Shown here: positions 27,754 to 32,000 of the stretch, piece after piece
Layout: every line of letters begins with the position of its first letter
Numbering within the stretch: the stretch's first letter is position 1
Source of the DNA: Candidatus Heimdallarchaeota archaeon B3_Heim
GTDB taxonomy: Archaea; Asgardarchaeota; Heimdallarchaeia; Hodarchaeales; Hodarchaeaceae
Direction of reading: 5' to 3'
Length of the DNA stretch: 32,000 nt
NCBI GenBank assembly: GCA_003144275.1
Contig: NJBF01000011.1
Location: 30,001-62,000 of the forward strand
The notes under the pieces: generated by a model
What the model saw: only the letters and a program-made list of their open reading frames with translations
Databases searched by the model: none
Told to the model about the DNA's origin: nothing
Position numbers and translations under genes: made by a program

Positions 27754-29313
27754 TTAGTCTGTAATGCTGTATATCACATCTAAATAAGTTCCATCACGAT
27801 ATTCTACCAGAGTGGTGATATCAGATGTAAATTCAGGACTTATTGGGGAGACAATACTGTGAGATTCCTCTTTTAGTTCATTTATAGTTCTTAAATTGAG
27901 TTTTGCCTTGCGTAATCGTTTTTCTATCCTTAAGCGCTTTGGTGTAGGGTGAGGATTAAGAGCGATTCCACCATCTGTGATAATTAGATCAATACTGTCC
28001 CCTGGAGTACTCACAGTAGTAACTGAGTCAAGAATAGAGGGTACTTTTCGAGCGACAGGAACAACGATCATACTGACCTTTGCCCGAGCTGCATCTTGAT
28101 GTCCTCCGATGCCCGAGTTTAGAAGTCCATTACTAAAAGTATTCACATTGACATTAAAATTTAGGTCAATTTCTGTGGCACCAAGAACAGTAAAATCCGT
28201 ATTTAATGCGATACACGCTTTGTTGAATGGATTATAAGCGTGATCAATGGAAATTTCAACATGATTCTCATTTCTGTGCAAAGATTCAATCGCTCCAAGA
28301 TCGAACGATTGAGCATCATAGATTGCGGTGAATAGTCCCTCTTCGAGCATCTTCACTGAATTAGTAGCAATTCCTCCGAATATATATCCCCCATGAATGT
28401 TCTTATCTGCCATTAGTTCTTTCAAATATTGGGAAGCGGCTAACGACATTCCTCCTGCTCCTGCTTGCCAATTAAATCCGTCATTCAGATATCCTGAATG
28501 TTCCATTACTTGAACTACCGTCTCTGCAATACCTAATCGTTGGGGAGAGGGTTTTCTACCTAAGCTTCCAGAGGCAATTTTTTCAGGATCACCAATTTTA
28601 TCTACTTCTAGAACATAATCCACCCGACTCGAAGGGATACTGACATGTACCAGGGGTTCGTTAATAACAGTATCAGTTACCCCAACTACTATGTTTGCAT
28701 ATAACGAATCTGTTTCTAATGGATATCCTAAACTTCCAAAAGCGTTTTTTCCAATCATTCCTGTTAAATTACCAATAAAATCACATGCTGATGCAGCAAT
28801 AAATGTGACATCGACAGGTAAACTACCCTCCTGAACTGCACGAGTTCGTCCTCCATGTGAACGAAGTATTGTAGGAACTTTCACTTCTTCGCGTGAAATG
28901 GCATTTCCTAGTGGTCCATTCACACTTCCTTCAATACGTCCGATCACTCCAGATTGAATAAATTCAATTAAAGGAGTATGCACAGGAAATAATGCCGTGG
29001 TGGCTAGTGTTATATTGTTAATCCCGTAAGATGCGAGTGCTTCCACAATCGGTAGGACGATATTATCACCATTTCTCAAAGCGTGATGAAATGAAATAGA
29101 CATCCCATTCCGAAGGGGTAAGACATCCAAAAGTGCTTCAACTGAGTCAAAGAATCGTTTAGTTTTTCGAGAGACATATGTTGGTTGATAAGCGGTTCCT
29201 ACCCGGGTACCAGCGATAGTACTATTATGAATTCCCTTATATGGTTTTAAAACTCGATTAAAAACTTTTTCAGGAAATTTTCTACCCAAAATATTGGTAA
29301 TGTCTGTAGTCAT
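27754..29313 (-). CDS. citF: Citrate lyase alpha subunit / citrate CoA-transferase
   Basis: ISFHHALRNGD, SHGGR..A, AFGSLGY, QAGAGG, LGATEID..FNVNV, GGHQD. ATG 29313 (MTTDITNILGR, 519 aa) preferred over the track's start at 29427. Confidence 0.92.
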   Translation of the reverse strand: MTTDITNILGRKFPEKVFNRVLKPYKGIHNSTIAGTRVGTAYQPTYVSRKTKRFFDSVEALLDVLPLRNGMSISFHHALRNGDNIVLPIVEALASYGINNITLATTALFPVHTPLIEFIQSGVIGRIEGSVNGPLGNAISREEVKVPTILRSHGGRTRAVQEGSLPVDVTFIAASACDFIGNLTGMIGKNAFGSLGYPLETDSLYANIVVGVTDTVINEPLVHVSIPSSRVDYVLEVDKIGDPEKIASGSLGRKPSPQRLGIAETVVQVMEHSGYLNDGFNWQAGAGGMSLAASQYLKELMADKNIHGGYIFGGIATNSVKMLEEGLFTAIYDAQSFDLGAIESLHRNENHVEISIDHAYNPFNKACIALNTDFTVLGATEIDLNFNVNVNTFSNGLLNSGIGGHQDAARAKVSMIVVPVARKVPSILDSVTTVSTPGDSIDLIITDGGIALNPHPTPKRLRIEKRLRKAKLNLRTINELKEESHSIVSPISPEFTSDITTLVEYRDGTYLDVIYSITD

Positions 29314-29876
29314 TATAGGAGCTCCTGTTAATGCATCATTACATATATGAAACGGGAGTAAGCTTCTTTGCAAAAAGTATTTGCTTAGCGCTAAAAAACA
29401 CGAATAATTCAGAAAAGCCTTATTCAATTTGTTAAGACAAAAAATTCACAATAGCAAGGATTTACCGTCATCGGAAAATATTTGAAATGTACTTTTTCAG
29501 AAGAAATCGGTATGAAAATGACCTTCCACCTATTGATATGAATAGGTGCGCTGTTGAGAAGCGCGCTCTAATTTGATTAGATCTAATGTAGGATTGTAAT
29601 TATGGTAAACTTCTTACCATTTTGTCGATAGATTCTTAGATTTAAATCTGCAAATGGTACAGGAATCCTAGATTATGAATTAGAGTGGGTAGTATCATTC
29701 ATTTTGGTCATTGAACTCTTCTTGAAGAATTCTCTTCAGTAGAAACATACTACTCATTTTTGATTCCACAAGTAATTATCCTTCATAAGTGTCTCTTTCT
29801 GCTTTTATCTAATCAAGTTAGATCTATTCGTCAAACTAAGAATATCTAGTGTGCTAAAAAGTCAGAATTAAAAGGA

Positions 29877-30872
29877 ATGAGAATAATGAATTGGAATACT
29901 AAGTTTAAATGGTATAAATTTAGTGTCGTAAGAAAAATTCGAAATTTAGAAGGCGATGAATTAGTTAAAGTATTAGAGGACACAATTCAAGACATTTATG
30001 AAAAAAAATTAGACAAGAATGGATTCTTCAAGCTTTACATAAATCAACTAAATCAATTTATTTCAGACACTAAGGGAAAACCTACGAAGGGAAGTACACG
30101 GCAATTCGACCCCTTTTTCATACCCCGATCGGGGGATGGAAGGATAGTTCTATTTGGATTATCAAATGTTGGCAAGAGTACTTTAATGAACGCCATAACC
30201 AACACGGATGTAAAAACAGGTAGCTATCTTCATACTACACGAGAAGCACTTGCAGGAACTTTGGAATTTCGAGGCGTCAAAATTCAAATAATTGACTTAC
30301 CTGGGTTTTTAGACTTCAAAGAAGATTGGAATATCAGTAAACAGATAGTCAGAGTGGCAAGAACTAGTGATTCTATCATATTAGTCATTGATCTTTCAAT
30401 GGATATCAAAAGACAGTATAAATTTTTGATGGACCAATTGATCAACTCAAAATTACTAGAAACGGAAGAAGATTCGGAAATTTACAACCTTGGAATTATT
30501 GCTACTAAAGGTGATTTACCAACTTCAAAACAGAATTATAGCATCCTAGAATCTCAGACAACAATACCCATACTACCAATCTCCAGCAATAATCCAGAGT
30601 CATTAAATAATCTAAAAAGGTATATATATGATCTTCTAGACGTCATTCGAATTTATACGAAACCTCCCCGAAAAGAACCAGCAAAAATCCCATTTATAAT
30701 CTCCAATGGATCAACAATTAACGAATTAGCCGAAAAAATTCATAATGATCTTGTAAGACATTTCCGTTACGCGAAAATCTGGGGATCTTCTGTTGAATTT
30801 CCTGGTCAACGAGTAGGACCTGATCATCAATTGAATGATGAAGATATTGTAGAAATTACAACAGCTAGATAG
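29877..30872 (+). CDS. OBG/DRG-family GTPase with a C-terminal TGS domain (divergent paralog)
   Basis: GLSNVGKST, YLHTT, DLPG, TKGD; TGS motif RYAKIWGSSV.FPGQRVG.DH.L.DEDIVEI. Confidence 0.88.
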   Translation: MRIMNWNTKFKWYKFSVVRKIRNLEGDELVKVLEDTIQDIYEKKLDKNGFFKLYINQLNQFISDTKGKPTKGSTRQFDPFFIPRSGDGRIVLFGLSNVGKSTLMNAITNTDVKTGSYLHTTREALAGTLEFRGVKIQIIDLPGFLDFKEDWNISKQIVRVARTSDSIILVIDLSMDIKRQYKFLMDQLINSKLLETEEDSEIYNLGIIATKGDLPTSKQNYSILESQTTIPILPISSNNPESLNNLKRYIYDLLDVIRIYTKPPRKEPAKIPFIISNGSTINELAEKIHNDLVRHFRYAKIWGSSVEFPGQRVGPDHQLNDEDIVEITTAR

Positions 30873-31012
30873 ATACTTCTCGATGTCATCATCATTTATT
30901 TCATTTAAAGTCATAAAAAAAAGGAGGTTTGATACACCATAATTCTTGGGGCATATCTTCAGAAATGTTATAACAATCAATTCACTTCACAAAATACCAG
31001 TGGGAAAAACGC

Positions 31013-31774
31013 ATGTGGGAAACGAAAATTACGAAAGTCTCTCCAAATGAACTCTTAATTAGAGGATATCCCCTCGATGAACTCATTGGTTCCATTTCTT
31101 ATGCAGCCGGAATTTATCTAGCATTAAAGGGAGATTTACCAACCAAACAAGAGGAAAGGGTTATTAATGCCATTCTAGTAGCAACAATGGATCATGGAGT
31201 GACTGCACCGTCGGCAGTGGCTGCTAGAACGGTAGCTTCCTGTGGAGTTCCAATTACCACCGCTATGGGTGCTGGAATACTTGCAGTTGGTGATCATCAT
31301 GGTGGGGCTGGTGAAAAATGTATCAAATTCTTAAAAAAGGCATTCGAATATCAGGAAAATGATCAATCTCTTTCAGAATTAGCTAAAAATGTTGTTACCC
31401 AAGCTAAAAAGAAAAAACAACGAATACCAGGTTTTGGACATCGTTTTCATACTGATGATCCCAGGACAAAGAAGCTCCTTCAAGTTGCATTAGATGAGGG
31501 AATTAGCGGAATGTTCGTGGAATTGGCTAAACTGATTGCATCGGAATTATCTACACAATCAAATCGACCGCTACCACTCAATGTTGATGGAGCAATCGGT
31601 GCATTACTCGCTGATATGGGATTCAAAGCTCAAATTGGTAAAGCGTTTTTTGCCATCGCACGTGTAACTGGGTTGACAGCTCATATCTTAGAGGAATATT
31701 CTCAGAGACCCGTTCGGACAATTATTCCTTCAGACGCGAAATATACTGGTGAGGAAAAAAGGCAGATACCTTGA
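31013..31774 (+). CDS. Citryl-CoA lyase / small citrate synthase-family protein
   Basis: 253 aa; DHGVTAPSAVAAR, HHGGA, IPGFGHR, PLNVDG, ARVTGL.AH. Confidence 0.85.
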   Translation: MWETKITKVSPNELLIRGYPLDELIGSISYAAGIYLALKGDLPTKQEERVINAILVATMDHGVTAPSAVAARTVASCGVPITTAMGAGILAVGDHHGGAGEKCIKFLKKAFEYQENDQSLSELAKNVVTQAKKKKQRIPGFGHRFHTDDPRTKKLLQVALDEGISGMFVELAKLIASELSTQSNRPLPLNVDGAIGALLADMGFKAQIGKAFFAIARVTGLTAHILEEYSQRPVRTIIPSDAKYTGEEKRQIP

Positions 31775-31779
31775 AAAGA

Positions 31780-32000
31780 TTACAAAATTTGTCTTTTGAC
31801 TTCATCTTGATCTTTCAAATGTTCTTGTTTCCAATATGGATCCCGAATAAACAGGTATGCCCCATGAGCAGCTAATGCTCCTTGTGCAGCAGCAACAGCT
31901 GCTAACTGGTAAGGGGTGACAATATCCCCAGCTGCAAAGATGCCCTCTACATTTGTGCGCATTAGGTCATCAACAATAATAAATTTACCAGAGAAATATA
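31780..32000 (-). CDS. trxB: Thioredoxin reductase-like flavoprotein, C-terminal fragment (runs off the right edge)
   Basis: Frame open from 31998: YFSGKFIIVDDLMRTNVEGIFAAGDIVTPYQLAAVAAAQGALAA, the second FAD-binding motif of the TrxB family. Confidence 0.8.
   Translation of the reverse strand, partial: YFSGKFIIVDDLMRTNVEGIFAAGDIVTPYQLAAVAAAQGALAAHGAYLFIRDPYWKQEHLKDQDEVKRQIL

Noticed and set aside
29314-29427. N-terminal extension of citF in the ORF track
   Set aside because: The extension does not resemble CitF, and ATG 29313 gives a typical length.
16396-30980. Nested ORFs at 16396, 19355, 22368, 22603, 25623, 26549, 26586, 26846, 27329 and 30726
   Set aside because: Shadow ORFs overlapping supported genes or their starts.
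1-32000. tRNA/rRNA genes, CRISPR arrays, IS elements, integrases
   Set aside because: No cloverleaf, spaced direct repeats or transposase/recombinase motifs were recognised by eye. A tRNAscan or Infernal run would be needed to exclude small RNAs.

Overview
AT-rich, gene-dense archaeal chromosome segment, most likely from an Asgard archaeon (Heimdallarchaeia/Hodarchaeales-like). This placement is inferred from a Rab-like GTPase, two longin-like fusion proteins, an Ig-like repeat surface protein, a geranylgeranyl reductase and an archaeal-type PGI/PMI. About 30 CDS are supported. Three are not shown correctly in the ORF track: an Ig-like repeat protein running off the left edge, a thioredoxin reductase running off the right edge, and a secreted PGF-CTERM-type gene split by a single-base frameshift. 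I found no rRNA, tRNA, CRISPR array, transposase or integrase. Best leads: (1) citF close to a citrate-synthase-fold citryl-CoA lyase with no citD/citE in the window, a possible ACP-independent hybrid citrate cleavage route; (2) a tandem-wHTH plus BrxD/DUF2791-like AAA+ ATPase operon; (3) a Rab-like protein with degenerate G4/G5 and a polybasic insert; (4) a thioredoxin-2xV4R fusion; (5) a thioredoxin-VKOR fusion in reversed order, coupled to Mrp; (6) a 7TM-longin protein, a giant longin protein and an adaptor-like membrane protein. All family calls come from motif recognition by eye. No database searches were run.
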